This document shows, one piece after another, positions 13,275 to 26,299 of a stretch of 64,000 nt of DNA (the stretch's first letter is position 1; each line of letters begins with the position of its first letter). The stretch is taken from the NCBI GenBank assembly GCA_026770705.1, contig JANJGN010000049.1, positions 1,302,001 through 1,366,000 on the forward strand. Direction: 5' to 3'. The notes beneath the pieces were generated by a model. That model ran no database searches. It saw only the letters and a list, made by a program, of their open reading frames with translations, and was not told the DNA's origin. The DNA is from Isurus oxyrinchus. Its lineage: Eukaryota. Position numbers and translations under genes: made by a program.

Positions 13275-13320
13275 TGGAGAAACACATTAGCAAGAGCAGC
13301 ATCATATAAACTGTGTCCAT
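13275..13320 (-). CDS. Leader (signal peptide) exon of the VJ-C1 gene
   Basis: ATG at 13320, 15 hydrophobic codons plus 1 nt (phase 1), then consensus donor GTGAGT. Confidence 0.85.
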
Positions 13321-13406
13321 GGTTACACTGAGGCACGCGCAGCGATTGACAAGCTGGGCCTGAGATTCTTACTGTCAGTGCAAAGGCAAAAGTTGGGTGC
13401 GACCCA

Positions 13407-13467
13407 TTTATATCCCAAACTAAGGATTCTTATTGGCTGTCGGCAACACGCCTTCAAAAATGCAATT
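13407..13467 (-). promoter_or_regulatory. Ig-light-chain-like promoter: octamer-like, CCAAT and TATA elements
   Basis: On the minus strand: AATTGCAT (7/8 match to ATTTGCAT) at 13467-13460, CCAAT at 13436-13432 and TATAAA at 13412-13407, about 90 nt upstream of the ATG. Confidence 0.6.
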
Positions 13468-14029
13468 CATTTGATGGGAAGAGAACTGGACAACAGACCG
13501 AAACCCGTGGACACTTGGAAATTAAAATTTATACCGATTGTGAAAATAGCAATTGCTGCCGCAATGTCTGGGAGCAATCCAACACTCGTGTGTTTGGTAA
13601 CATCAGCAGTCTTAACTGCTCCCTTTGTGAATCCTTCACAATATGTACATCTTCATGATCTATCTCCCCTTCACTATGCTAAGGCTATGCTCCCTTACTG
13701 TACAGTCAGTGAGTATTCTAGTTTTTCTTTAAAGTTGTATTTTACCATCCAGCCTGGAAGTTGCCATTGCTTCTGTGAATTGAGGACCTTCCGTATTCTA
13801 GTGAAACGCCCAAAAGCCGCTGTTACACTCCTAAAAGCAGCAGAAAACTGTTTGGTACAGCGAGATGTTAATGTAGCTGGTGCTTGACATTATCAACTTA
13901 TCTTTGGCCTGAAGTAACTCACTAGCCCTTACCAAGTCAAATAGAGCATCATTCAGCATTTATACCTCAGCACAACGCAACAACACAATTATGAACAAAT
14001 AGAAGTTCTCTGCTGCAGTTTGCCTTCTA

Positions 14030-14500
14030 GTCTATTGAATAGAATTATCAAAATATACTATGAGGAAGGAAGACGCTCTTTCTACCTTTGTGTGCTCTAT
14101 AAGATCTGTTGAATTTATCCTCGCTCTTTCCCAGTAGACCTGCAAAAATACCCTTCCATTTATATTTTCAAATTCCCTATTGAAATTCATTATTAAATCT
14201 GTTTCCACCATCCTCTGAAGGGTGCATTCCAGATCATGAACGAATAAAATAAAATAATTAAAACCTGCTGCACGCCCTTCCCAAGGCCCTGACATTCTTC
14301 CTAAAGTGTGGCGCACACAATTGACGATAATACTCCAACTGTGCTGGAAATAGTGCTCTATTAAGATTTAACATGAATTCCCTTGTTACCTTTTTGTCTT
14401 TGCATTCAAAGTCAAGGCCTGTATGTGTCTTTTGTGCAGCCTTCTCAAATCCACCTGCCAATTTCGGAAATTTGTTCGCACGTACCCTCCAGTCTGTCCC
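14030..14500 (-). mobile_element. CR1 LINE 3' fragment
   Basis: MLNLNRALFPAQLEYYRQLCAPHFRKNVRAL. A similar decayed copy lies at about 9330-9675(-), inside the J-C intron. Confidence 0.7.
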
Positions 14501-15759
14501 TTTAAGGGATTACCTGGCTATTTGATTTGTTAATTTATTTAATTTGTATTAATTTAATTCCCTTTAATTTGCTTTATTTGCTAATTGTTCCAATCAAGAA
14601 AATATACCATCCTGCCTTAAAAATGACCATTTACCACAACTACCTGCTTGCAGTCCCCCAACCAATATCTACGCTGCCATGGGCTTCACTTTTGAAACAA
14701 ATTGATTCTTAATTCTCAGTAACAGTGTTTGTAGAGATTGGATGACAATGGAGAAAATCAATTCTGTCTCTCACTGAACGCTAAGAGGTGTAGAGTTGTT
14801 TGTAGAGGATTACTCCTGTTCTGTAATGTGCCAGATAGTACTTCTGCTTTAATGAAAGATATTGCGATAGCAAAACGACGTTTTCCCCAATATATTTGCA
14901 ATAGAGAGTAGAGTTCTTCACCACAGGCAGCAACTGAGGTGGATATTAATGCACCTTTCAATCCATTTTTAAACAAAGTAAGATGAGGAGACTGAGCAGT
15001 ACTCGGGGTCACTTTACTTTTCTCCAGGAGAGCGCGCACACGATGGGCCAAAAAGTTTCCTTCCTTTTGTAAACGTGTTTGTTTATATCGTTTGACCAAT
15101 CGAATTACATTTCTTTCCCTGGACCTGATAGTTCGGTTAGTTTTGCAGATTAACGTGGTATTTACATTATTATTTGACAAACTACAACAAAAAAACAATC
15201 AAACTATATGTTTTTTTCCAAGTGTGGTTTGTCTGCCATCCCGATCAGTTGTAAAAGATATAAGTCAGTAAAATCAACTTGCTAACACTCTAGCTGCACT
15301 CAGGAAAGCTGCTAATACACAAACACGACAGATCTGCCTGGGCATGTGAGCTTACTGAGGCGGCAGCCGTATAACTGGTTCAGCGCTAAAAGCTGAGCTT
15401 GATGCTGACAGTGAATGAAAACTATTACATTATTGCGTTCATTTCTAACACTCTGGGCAAAAAAACGACTCAGGTTATTTTCAGAAGTATTTCTTAGCAG
15501 CACTGCTGCTGTAAAAATAAAGCACGAGGAAATGGCCAACTTTCAAATCATTTATGAAAATTTTCAAGTGGGAAGCATACATACATGTTCACTCAAAACC
15601 AAACAGGGTGATTCCAATTTCCACACCTATCTTTTACGAATAAAAGACATCTCGAGGAATACGACAAGCAAACACAAAACAGACTCTTAAAAGAGCAATG
15701 AATGTTATTAACTTTACATGTAATAATCGGTTAATGCTCTTGGAATGTAAGGAATATGT

Positions 15760-17270
15760 CACAATGAATGATTATTATTCATTTCATCTATGATACCTTA
15801 CAACACTGGGATATTTCCCATTCAGTGTGAAGTATATCAGAAAAGATGATAATTTACTATTCGTTTGACGTGAGGGATAATAAAGTGACAAGAAATTATT
15901 AGCTTCTTATAGTAATGAATTATTGTTCATTTAATGTGAGGGGTGTTACAGATATATAATTAAATCCTGTTATGTGAGCTGTACTCCAGCAATGGAATGT
16001 TGTTAAATAAAGTGTGCTTTAATACAGAAATGGGTTATTATTCACTTAATATGATGCACCTGAAACTAATGGACTAATGTTCAAGTACTTTGAGGTATAC
16101 AACAGCAATGCATCAGTGTTCATTTAATTTGGAGGATATTTCAATCATAGAGTGTTGCTTGTTTAACGCAAGGGATATCAAATATATACATTACTTTTCA
16201 TTTCATATGACATACATTACAGAAATTGATTATTTTCAGTTATTATAAGGGATATTTGAGCAATAGATCAGTGTGCATTTAATATGTTGCATATTGAAGA
16301 AATGAAGCAATGTTCATTCCATTTCAGGGATATTACAGTGATTGCTCCTTTGGAGTGAGTTTATTAAAGGAATAGATTACTATTCAGTTCAGGTAATGGG
16401 TATCACAGCACTAGATTGTTGTTCGTTTCATGCATTGCAGCAATGAATCAGGATTACTTTAAAGCCTTGTACATTATGGCAAGGAATTAGTGTTCGTTTA
16501 ATTTGGGGAATATTACAGGAGTGGATTATTGATCAATTAATGTAAGCTGCCTCGGAGCAATGGATTATTCATCATTTAAAATGAGTTATATTGCAGCAAC
16601 ACATTATTGTTTTAAATGTGAGGGATACTACAACACTGGATTATTTTTCCTTTACCGTCTGATATGTGACAACAATTGATCAGTATTAATTGCATGTCAA
16701 GATTATGGCAGAAATGGATTATTGAATATTTGTTGTGAGTTATATTAAATATAAAGATTATTATTCATTGCATTGTGACTCTGCAGTAATGGCATGCATT
16801 TTCATTTAATATGAGGAGTATTGCAGCATTGGAACGTTGTTCCTCTAAAGTGAGACATATCAGAGCAATATATTATTGTTCATTTCTTGTGAGTTACAGA
16901 GTTACAATGAATTACCGTTCATTTAATGTGATTGATATTACCTTTATGGATTATTCTTTATTTAATTTGAGATATATTATTGCTAGGAAGCATTATTAAT
17001 TTAATGTGAAAAGTATGAAAAATGGATTATTGCTCAATTATTGCGAGTTATATTACAGTGATTGGAATTTGTTCATTTGAAACGTGATATATTTCACCAA
17101 TGAATTATTTGTCATTTAAAGTGAGGGATATAACATCAATGGGACATTGCTTATTTGCTCTGAGGTAAGTTAAATAATTGGATTTTTGGTCACTTAAAGT
17201 GAATTTTATTAAGTGATGGAGTCTTGATATTTAATTTGAGGGCTATTACAGGAATACATTACTGTTGCTA
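15760..17270. repeat. Degenerate AT-rich minisatellite, about 39-bp unit
   Basis: Approximate consensus ATGGATTATTGTTCATTTAATGTGAGGGATATTACAGCA; the ATTATT-like anchor recurs at 16564, 16603, 16640, 16679 and 16718. Confidence 0.8.
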
Positions 17271-18960
17271 TCTATATGTATATGATACAGAGTGGGCCGT
17301 GGTGCCCTCTTGCAAACACTGAAATTATATTCTTACTTTTAAGCCATTTTTTGCTCCATTAAAAATTGAGACTCAGGATCAGATTGGATATTAAATAAAT
17401 CTCATGGAGCACTGGATTAGCCCTTCAGTCTACATTTCCTCTCCGTTCACCTCCAGCAACGGCATCTCGTCTGTTATTACTGTAATTACCCAATTTCTCT
17501 TGTAAGTGTCCCCCTAAAACCTCCTCAGGAATTTCACCTTCAGGAATGTTTTCACTTCTTTCTCCTAAGTCAATGAAATCCCCTCTTTAATGGACACCTG
17601 CCCCCATGAAAATTATTGTGGGACATTTGAATCGATATGCTGATCGAGATAGCTGGATAAGATGAAGCTGATGGCCATGAATGAACGAACACGTTGCACT
17701 GATGACAGTGTAATACACTTTCTTCGCCAGCAGAGTGTGGCAATGTCCATAGTAAAACAGACCAGCTCTGCTCCCTTCTGCTGTAATGTCCCTAATTCCT
17801 ACGACTTCCCGAGTCAGCAGGTCATTGATGTTTTGATGTGATCGGGCACATGGGGAGTTTGGTTGTTTTTATTATGGGATATCATGATCTCCTGGAGTTC
17901 GCTTAGTTAACATCCAGCCCGGAAATTTCAGTTTTGGGGCTGGGAACAAACAAAGATATTTTGTACCCCGAAGTCATGGTTCACCACCTATTAAAATTAA
18001 TGATAACTTCATGACCTGGCGATGTACAGTTTCCAGACAGATATAGTAGCTATTCATTCCCACCATCTTTATATGTTTCACGTTAAATTCAGCTTTGATT
18101 GCGCGGGGAGGGGGTGTGTTGGGGGGTCGTGGAGTGAAGTTGAGGCAGGCCGTGGGATATCAGGCGGTATTGAATGGGTCACCAGTTATCTAAAACCACC
18201 CCATTTCCTCTGTATGGAATTCCACAGGGTGGAAAATTGACCGGTGTATAATCGCCATCAATCGCGTAATGACGGATTCACCTCTACCGAAGTCGATTTT
18301 CAACCTCAAAGGGCTGTTTGGACAAAAAGCAGAGAAAAGTGTCCTAAGTGTGGGGTTTCGTGCCCATAACATGAAGTTACAGATAACACGGGGGGACAGA
18401 AAAGCAGGTGGAGTCATATCTGCAAAGACAAAAGGTAGTGTTGCAGAAAGACATCGAAATAATAATCTAGAAATCCCATCTGTGGAAATAATAAACTAAA
18501 ATCGAAGACAGTAAATTACATTTTGCTTTCTCAATTTAAAGTTATTTTTAACCAATTTAGAACAAATGGGATATGAACTCAATTGAAATATTTGGTACAG
18601 GGATGTGACAATAAGTTAAAGGGCAGAGAGATAAAAGTAGAAATAGACAGAGAACTGGTGTACACTGAGCGTCAGGTAGATGGTTAAAGAGAGGATCAGA
18701 AACATAGATAGAGCTACCTAGCGAGGAAGAAAAGACAGAAATAGCAGTTTGGATGCAGAACGAGAGAAAGGGATGAAAATCAGTAGAGAGATTACTAACA
18801 GAAAGATAGAAAGAAAAGAGGACGAAAGCAGAGCTAGAGGCAAGGAGAGATAGAATACGAGAGATGGGAGAAAATATTGACAGAGTGAGAAACCGACCGC
18901 AAGACAGAGGTAAAGATAGTTAGGGAGATAGATAGATTGATTGATTGATAGGGAGATAGA

Positions 18961-19092
18961 NNNNNNNNNNNNNNNNNNNNNNNNNNNNNNNNNNNNNNNN
19001 NNNNNNNNNNNNNNNNNNNNNNNNNNNNNNNNNNNNNNNNNNNNNNNNNNNNNNNNNNNNNNNNNNNNNNNNNNNNNNNNNNNNNNNNNNNN
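18961..19092. other. Assembly gap (132 N) within GATA/GACA-rich simple repeats
   Basis: Run of N flanked by (GATA)n- and (GATT)n-like sequence. Confidence 0.98.
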
Positions 19093-21944
19093 GTGGCGGC
19101 AGATAGTGAGGCAGAGAGATAGACAGGAGATTGTGTTAGACTGTCGATGCAAGCAGAAGCAAAGAGGAACAAAAGACAGAGGGACCTGAAGAATGAGAAC
19201 GGCGGGGACTTTGTCATTTGCTGAGACCCAAAACAGTTCCGTTCATTTTCAATGCTACAAATCATCTTCATATTGTTAATTCTGACATAAAATGACAGAC
19301 GTACACTTCAGCACATAGCTTTCCAGGCCGGTGCTGCGTGCTGCCAGGTGCAGGCTGCAACCGGTAGATAAAGCTCTGTGTATTGATTTACTGCAGGACA
19401 CGCTGCCTGTGGTTCTGCACAGCAGCAGAAAAACAGGCTGTTGGCTGAATAAAATTAGAAACAAGGCAGCGCAGTTACGTTTTTAGCCTGAATTAATTCG
19501 CTGCCTCTGCTCCATCTCAAACCCAGAAAATATTGTTCACTTTTATTTAATTGAAGATTATTTCGAATTTGAGAAATATAAACAGGCATTTAATTGTATG
19601 TGTAGAAATAGATAACCGGGGATCTTAGACTAAAAAACATCCCTGGGAAATGATAAGGAGGTGATCGAAGGAGATTACAGAGAACATCTCCAGCTGATCT
19701 CGCACTGTCACAGACCGAGTAACCCAATCACTTCACATTTAACTCTAATTACCAATATTCTTTAATGTACATTGGGTTATTTCCCTTTAATATTTCTCGG
19801 GGTCAATAAGTACAATAACCCTTCTAAGCCTGTTTTGTGGTAGTCCACAAGGTTTTGCTAGGACGGTTCTACCTGGCAGTCAGAAGGAAGTGAGTCCGAT
19901 TCAAAGCCTAACTTCACAGAGTTCATACTGCCGATTATCCGGCTGCATTGCAACAAATGTCTTGAGTGACAAATAGTAATTAAGGAGAACCTGGTCGGCT
20001 TAGTCGTTTGTGCAGAAATTAAATATCCTACCGAACGATCTGCTAAAGAATAGAATGCTCCTTGTTGCCCAGGACCATCTGTCTGCTCCAAGCCGTGGGA
20101 GAACAGGTTTATACGAGATGGCAGCATGGATATTACTGACTGAGTGGAGGCTGGACAATGGCAGCGAGGGTTTGGATGATGGGTAAGAAACTAGGCGACT
20201 AAAGAGGAGCATGAAGAATTTGAGAGAGCTCTGGATTATGGCAGCGTACAGTTGAGCGGAGACCCTGAGTGTCAGACTTATTTTTGGAGGCAGAAATGAT
20301 TCTGAGTGATCAGCGCCTTGAAAGCAGTAACAATACCACAATGTTTAGAGTTAATATAATTGTAGAAGTTAGTGAAATAAAGTGCTCCTAGGAAGGGAAA
20401 ATGGACCTTAGAGAAAAGAATACTAATCGGCCTGTGTGGCACGACAGAGATACTTTACTCATGAGGCTCCAGGTACGACGATAATTCGAGGAGATTCGCT
20501 TTTGGGGGCGAATTGTGATAATAAATCGTATGAATGATATTGGAGAACTTAGTGACTGGTAACAAAAAGGATTCCTTGTGTTACCAATGTGGGAGGCTTC
20601 ATGGTGAAGGAGGTTGATGTTGAAGGCTGGGGTTATTCATGATGAGCTCTCTGAGTAATGAGAAGGTGGGGCAGCCGAGGGGTGATTTATCTGGGTGGTG
20701 ATGTTTGAGATTAGCGATCAGAGCTCTGGGTGATGGAAGTGCGGGGATACGATGGTGGGCGTTTTGGATGCTGGGAGTTCGGGATCAGCAATAGTGAGGA
20801 TTCTGGATGTTGTGAGTGTGGAGTTACTGATAGTGACGATTATTGATGATTGGAGTGTGGGCTTAGTGATCGTGAAGGTTCTTGATGTTGGGAATGGGGT
20901 TAGTGATAATGAGGGCGCTGAATTTGGGAATAGGGTTAGTGATAGTGAGGACTTTGAATTTTAGGAATGTGGGGTTAGTGATAGTGAGGATTCTGGATGC
21001 TGGGAATGTGCGGTTAGTGATAGTGAGTATTTTGAATGTTGGGAATGTTGGTTTAATGACAGTGAAGATTCTGGATATAGGGAATGCAGTTAGTGTTAGA
21101 GATGATTCTGGGTGATGGGATTGCCGGGTTAGTGATAGTGAGGAGGCTGGATATTGGGAAAGTAGGGCTAGTGATGCTGAGGGCTTTGATGTTGGGAGTG
21201 TGTGGTTAATGATAGAGAGGGTTCTGGATGTTGGCAGCGTTGGGTTTGTGATAGTGAGGATTCTGAATGTGGGGAGTATGGTTTACTGATAGTGAGGAGT
21301 GTGGATGTTGGGAGTCTTCGTTAGCGATCGTGAGGCATTCTGGGCATTGGGAATGTGGGGACAGTGATGGAGGGGATTCTAGAATTTGGCAGCGTGGGGT
21401 TATTGATTATGAGCATTCTGGATGTAGGGAATGTGGGGTTAGTGATAGTAAGGATCCTGCATGTGAGGAGGGTGGTTTAGTAACAGTGAGAATTCTGTAT
21501 GTTGGGAGTTCGTCAGTGATAGTGAGGGTCCTGGATGTTGGGAATGTGGGATTAGGTATTTTGAGAATTCTGGATGTTGGAAGTGCGGTTTGGTGATACT
21601 GAGGATTCTAGATGTGGGTAATGTGATGCTCGTGCTAGTGAGATTCTGGATGTTGGGAATGTGGGGTTAGTGATAGTGAGGGTTCTGCATGTGGGGAGTG
21701 TGGTTTAGTAATAATGAGAATTCTGGATGTTGAGAAAGTGGAGTTAGTGATTTTGAGAATTCTGGATGTTGGAAGTGTGGTTTGGTGATAGTGAGGATTC
21801 CACATATTGGGAACATGAAGTTAGTGATAGTGAGGACTCTGGAAGTTGGAAGACGGGTTAGCAAGAGACTGGATTCTGGATGTTGGGATTGTTGGATTAG
21901 TGATAGCGAGGATACTGGAAGTTGGGAAAGTGGGGTTAGTGTGT

Positions 21945-22905
21945 AATTTCAGAGGCCCAACTGTCTTAAGCACTTTCATCAATGATCTTCCTTCTATCAT
22001 AAGATCCGAAGTGAAAATGATCACTTATGATTTTGCAATGTTCAGAGCCAAATCGCGAGTTCTCGGGTACTGAAGCAGCACATGAACAATTGCAACTAGA
22101 TCTGGACTGAGCTGACAGGTGGAAAGCAACCGTCGCACCACGCAAGTGCCAAACAATGACTTTCTCTGATAAGAATGAATCTAACCATGCTGCTTGGCAT
22201 TCAACGACAGTATAATCACCGAATTCCTCGCTCCAGCATCCTGGGGGTTACCATTGATCAGAAACTGAGCTGGAATTGACAGAGAACTACAGTGGTGATA
22301 AGAGCAGGCCATGGGCTAGGAATCCTGCGACCAGTAACTCACCTCCTTACTCCAAAAAAGCCTGTCCACCATCTACAAACACAAGTAAGGAATGTGATGG
22401 GATACTCTCCACTTGCCTGGTTGAGTGAAGCTCCAACAATACTTGAGAAGCTGGACTCGATCCAAGACAAAACAGGCAACTTGACTGGCACAGCATCCAG
22501 AAACATTCAGTCCATCCACCACCGACTCACATTGACAGCACTGTGTACCATCTGCAAGATGCACTGCAGGAACTCAACAAGGCTCCTTCGACAGCAGCTT
22601 CCAAGCACATGGCCGCTACCATACAGAAAGGCAAGCGCAGCAGACATATGGGGATACCAGCACCTGGACATCCCAACTCAAGCCACTCACCATTCTGACT
22701 TGGAAAAATATATCGCCGTTCCTTAAATGTCTCTAGGTCAAAATCCTTGGAGTCCCTTGCTAACAGTTCTCCGGGTGTACCGAAATCACATGGACTACAG
22801 CAGTTCAATGAGGCAGATCACCACCACCATCTCAAGGGCAATTAGGGTTGGTTAATGAATGCAGGCCTAGTCACCAATGACCAAATGCAATGAATGAATA
22901 ATAAT
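21945..22905 (+). mobile_element. Non-LTR retrotransposon 3' fragment (CR1/Zenon-like), copy 1 in the minisatellite
   Basis: FINDLPSIIRSEVKM; QTQVRNVMGYSPLAWLSEAPTILEKLDSIQDK; tail AAGGGCAATTAGGG..ATGAATGAATAA. Confidence 0.8.
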
Positions 22906-23439
22906 AAATAAAAATAGTGACAGTGAGAATTCTGGATGTTGGGAATGATGTTAGTGATGGTGAGTATTCTGGAAGTTGGGAATGGGGCTAGTGATAGTGA
23001 GGTTTCAGAATGTTGGGAGTGTGGTTTATTGATAGTGAGGATTCTGGATACTGGAAATGTGGTGTTAGTGATAGTGAGGCTTGCGGATATTGGCAATGGG
23101 ATTCGTGAGAGTGAGGATTCTGTACATTGGAAATGAGGTTACTGAGAGTGAGGATTCTATATATTGGCAATAAGGTTAGTGATATTGAGGATTCTGACTT
23201 TTGGGAATGGGGCTAGTGATAGAGAGTTGAGAGTGTGGTTTATTGATAGTGAGATTTCTGGATACTGGGAATGTGGCTTTAGTGATAGTGAGCATTCTGA
23301 ATGTTGGGAATGTGGGGTTAGTGATAGTGAGGACTCTGGAAGTTGGCAGTGTGGGGTTAGTGATAGGGCGGATTCTGAATTTTAGGGATGTGTGGTTAGC
23401 ATAAGGGAGGAATCTGGAAGTTGGGAAAGCGGGGTTAGT

Positions 23440-24385
23440 GGAGAACTCCCGAGGCACAGTCACCTTCAACTCTTTCATCAATGAAGTTCCTTCCATCATA
23501 AGGTGAGAAGTGAGAATGCTCGCTTATGATTGTGCAATATTCAGAACCAAATCGCAACTCCTCAAGTACTGAAGCAGCCCTGAACAAATGCAACTAGATC
23601 TGGACTGGGCTGACAAGTAGCAAGCAACCTTCACACCACACAAGTTCCAGGCAATCACTGTCTCTAACAAGAGATAATCTAAAGATGCCCTTTGACATTC
23701 TGCTTTACCATCACCCAATCCCGCACTATCGACAACCTGGGAGTTATCATTGACCAGAAACTGAACTGGAATTGACATAGAACTACAATGGCGATGACAG
23801 CAGCTCTGGAGCTAGGAATCCTGTGGCGAATAACTCACCTCCTGACTCCACAAAAGCCTGTCCACCATCAACAAACACGTCAGGTCTGTGATGGGATACT
23901 TTCCACTTGCCTGGCTGAGTGAAACTCCAACAACAATTAAGAAGATCGGACTGATCCAAGATCCAGGCCACTTGATTAGTACAACATCCACAAGCATTCA
24001 CTGCATTCCACCAACGACGCACAGGCGCAGTGTATCATCTACAAGATGCACTGCAGGAATTTGCCAATGCTCATTCGACAGCTATCATCCAGAGGGACAA
24101 GGGCAGCAGGCACATGGGAACACCATGATCCGGAAGTTCCCGCTCAAGCCGTTCACTATTCTGACTTGGAATTATATCACCGTTCCTTCACTGTTGCTCA
24201 GTCAAAATCCTTGGACTCCCTCCCTAACAGCTCTGTGTGTGTACCTACACAACATGGACTGCAGCGGTTCAATGAGGCATTTCATCAACCACCTTCTCAA
24301 GTGTGATGCGGGATGGTTAATGAATGCTGGCCTAGACAGCGGCGCCCCAAATGACATGAATGAATATAACAAAACAAAAAAATAT
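23440..24385 (+). mobile_element. Non-LTR retrotransposon 3' fragment (CR1/Zenon-like), copy 2 in the minisatellite
   Basis: Colinear with copy 1, with the same 5' truncation point and the same flanking unit. Confidence 0.8.
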
Positions 24386-26299
24386 AGTGATATTGAGAAT
24401 TCTGAATGCTGGCAATGGGGTTAGTGAGGGTGAGGATGCTGGATGCTGGGAATCAGTTTAGTGATAGAGAGGATGTTGGATGTTTGCAATAGAGTTAGTG
24501 ATAGTGAAGTTTCTAGATGTTGCGAATGTGGGTCTGTGACAGTGAGGATTCTGGATGTTGGAAATGGACCTAGTGATCGTGAGGATCCTGAATGTTGGGA
24601 ATGTATTCAATGATAAGTGAGGAACCTAGATGCTGGGATTGTCGTTACTAATAGTCAGGATTTTGGATGTTTGGGTTGTGGGTCAGTGATAGTGAGTTTT
24701 CTGGATGTTGGGAATGGAGTTACTGATAATGCAGATTCTGAATGTTGGGAATATATTCAATGATAAGTTAGGAGCCTAGATGCTGGTATTGTCGATGTAG
24801 TAGTGAGGTCTGTGATGATGTTGTTTCTGGTTTTAGGTTGTGGGATCAGTGATGATGAGGTTTCTGGATTTCAGGTTGTGGGATCAGTGATGGTGAGGTT
24901 TCTCGATTTTGGGAATACTGGGTTAGTGATAGTGAGAATGCTGTATTTTGGGAAATACGTTCGTATTTTGAGGGTTCTGGATGTTGGAAATGTGGATTCA
25001 GTGCTAGTGGAGATTTGGATGTTGGGAATGGGGTTAGTGATAGTGAGGAACTTGGATGTTTCAATTGGAGTTTGTGATTGTGAGGATTCTGGATGTTGAG
25101 AGTGTTGGGTTAGTGATAGTGAGAATTCTGAAAGTTGGGAATAGAGTTCTTGACAGTGAGAATCCTGGAATGTGGATACATGATAGTGAGGATTCCGGAT
25201 ATTTGGAATGGGGTTCGTGACAATGAGAATTCCAGATGTTAGGAATATGGGGCTAATGATAGTGATGATTCGGGATGTAGCAAATTTCCTTCATAATGTT
25301 TAGGATTCCTCATATTGGGAATAGAATTTTTTATTCTGAGGGTTCTGGATGTTGGGAATGGGGTCAGTGATAGTGACGATTCTGGATGTTGGGAATGGGG
25401 TTAATGATAGTGAGGAATCTGGATCTTGGGAAAGGTGTTAGTGATCATGAGGAATATGGAAGTTGTGAATGTGGTCAGCAATCGTGAAGAATCTAGATGT
25501 TGGGAATGGGGTTAGCAATAGTGAGGATCCTGAAATTTGGGAATAGGTTTAGTGCAGTGCAGATTCCGGATTTTGAGAATGGTGTTAGTGATAGTGAGGA
25601 TTCTGGATGTTGGGAATGGGGTCAGTGATAGTAGCGATTCTGGATGTTTGGAATGGGGTTAGTGTAAGTGAGGAATCTGGATGTTGTGAGTGGGGTTAAT
25701 GATAATGAGGAATCTGGATTTTGGGAACGATGTAAATGGGAATGAAGAAGCTGGATGTTGTAAATGGGTTTAGTGATAATGAGCATTCTGAATGTTGGGA
25801 ATAAGTTTAGTTCTACTGCAGATTCCAGATTTTGAGGACGGTGTTAGTAATAGTGAGGAGTCTCGTTGTTGTGAATGGGATTAGTCATAGTGAGAATTCG
25901 GAAAGTTGGTAACATGGTTAATTACTGTGAGGATTCTAGATGTTTGGAATGGAGTTAGTGATAGCGACGATTCTGAATGTTGAGAAAGTGGGGTCAATGA
26001 AATTTATGTTTCTGGATGTTGGGATTTTCAGGTTAATGATAGGTATGTGGGAATAATGGTAGTGTGGATTCTGGATGTTCGGGATGTGGGGTTAATGATA
26101 GTGAGGATTCTGGATGTTATGGATGTGGGTTTAATGATATTTATGGTTCTGGATGTTGGAGTTGTGGGGTATTGATATTTACTGATCTGGATGTTGGGTT
26201 TTTCGGGTTAGTGATTGTTTTTATTCTGAATGCAGTGAGTACTAACGTTTCATCCGAACGAAATTCCTTCTCCCTAAATAATTCTAGTAAGTTTCATCA

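Larger units (their letters stand above)
8860..13320 (-). pseudogene. Germline-joined (non-rearranging) leader-VJ-C1 immunoglobulin light-chain-like gene; probable pseudogene with two frameshifts
   Basis: Exon 1 is 13320-13275 (MDTVYMMLLLLMCFS, donor GTGAGT). Exon 2 is 13150-12793 (...GGSVTLSC...WFRQTPG...DSAVYYCSFFDSGQYFGKGTDLHVV, donor GTAAGT), with V and J contiguous and no RSS. Exon 3 is 9184-8860 (C1 set). AATAAA lies at 8782-8777. Confidence 0.9.
20700..26240. repeat. Degenerate G/T-rich minisatellite, 39-bp unit with a 37-bp variant, interrupted by two LINE fragments
   Basis: Consensus GATAGTGAGGATTCTGGATGTTGGGAAT(GT)GGGGTTAGT; GATAGTGAG recurs at 20941, 20980 and 21019. Confidence 0.92.

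Noticed and set aside
18718-19271. ORFs spanning the N run
   Set aside because: Open only because of the assembly gap and simple repeats.
19252-19290. Leader-like MLQIIFILLILT on the plus strand
   Set aside because: Ends in a stop with no splice donor, and no V exon is identifiable downstream.
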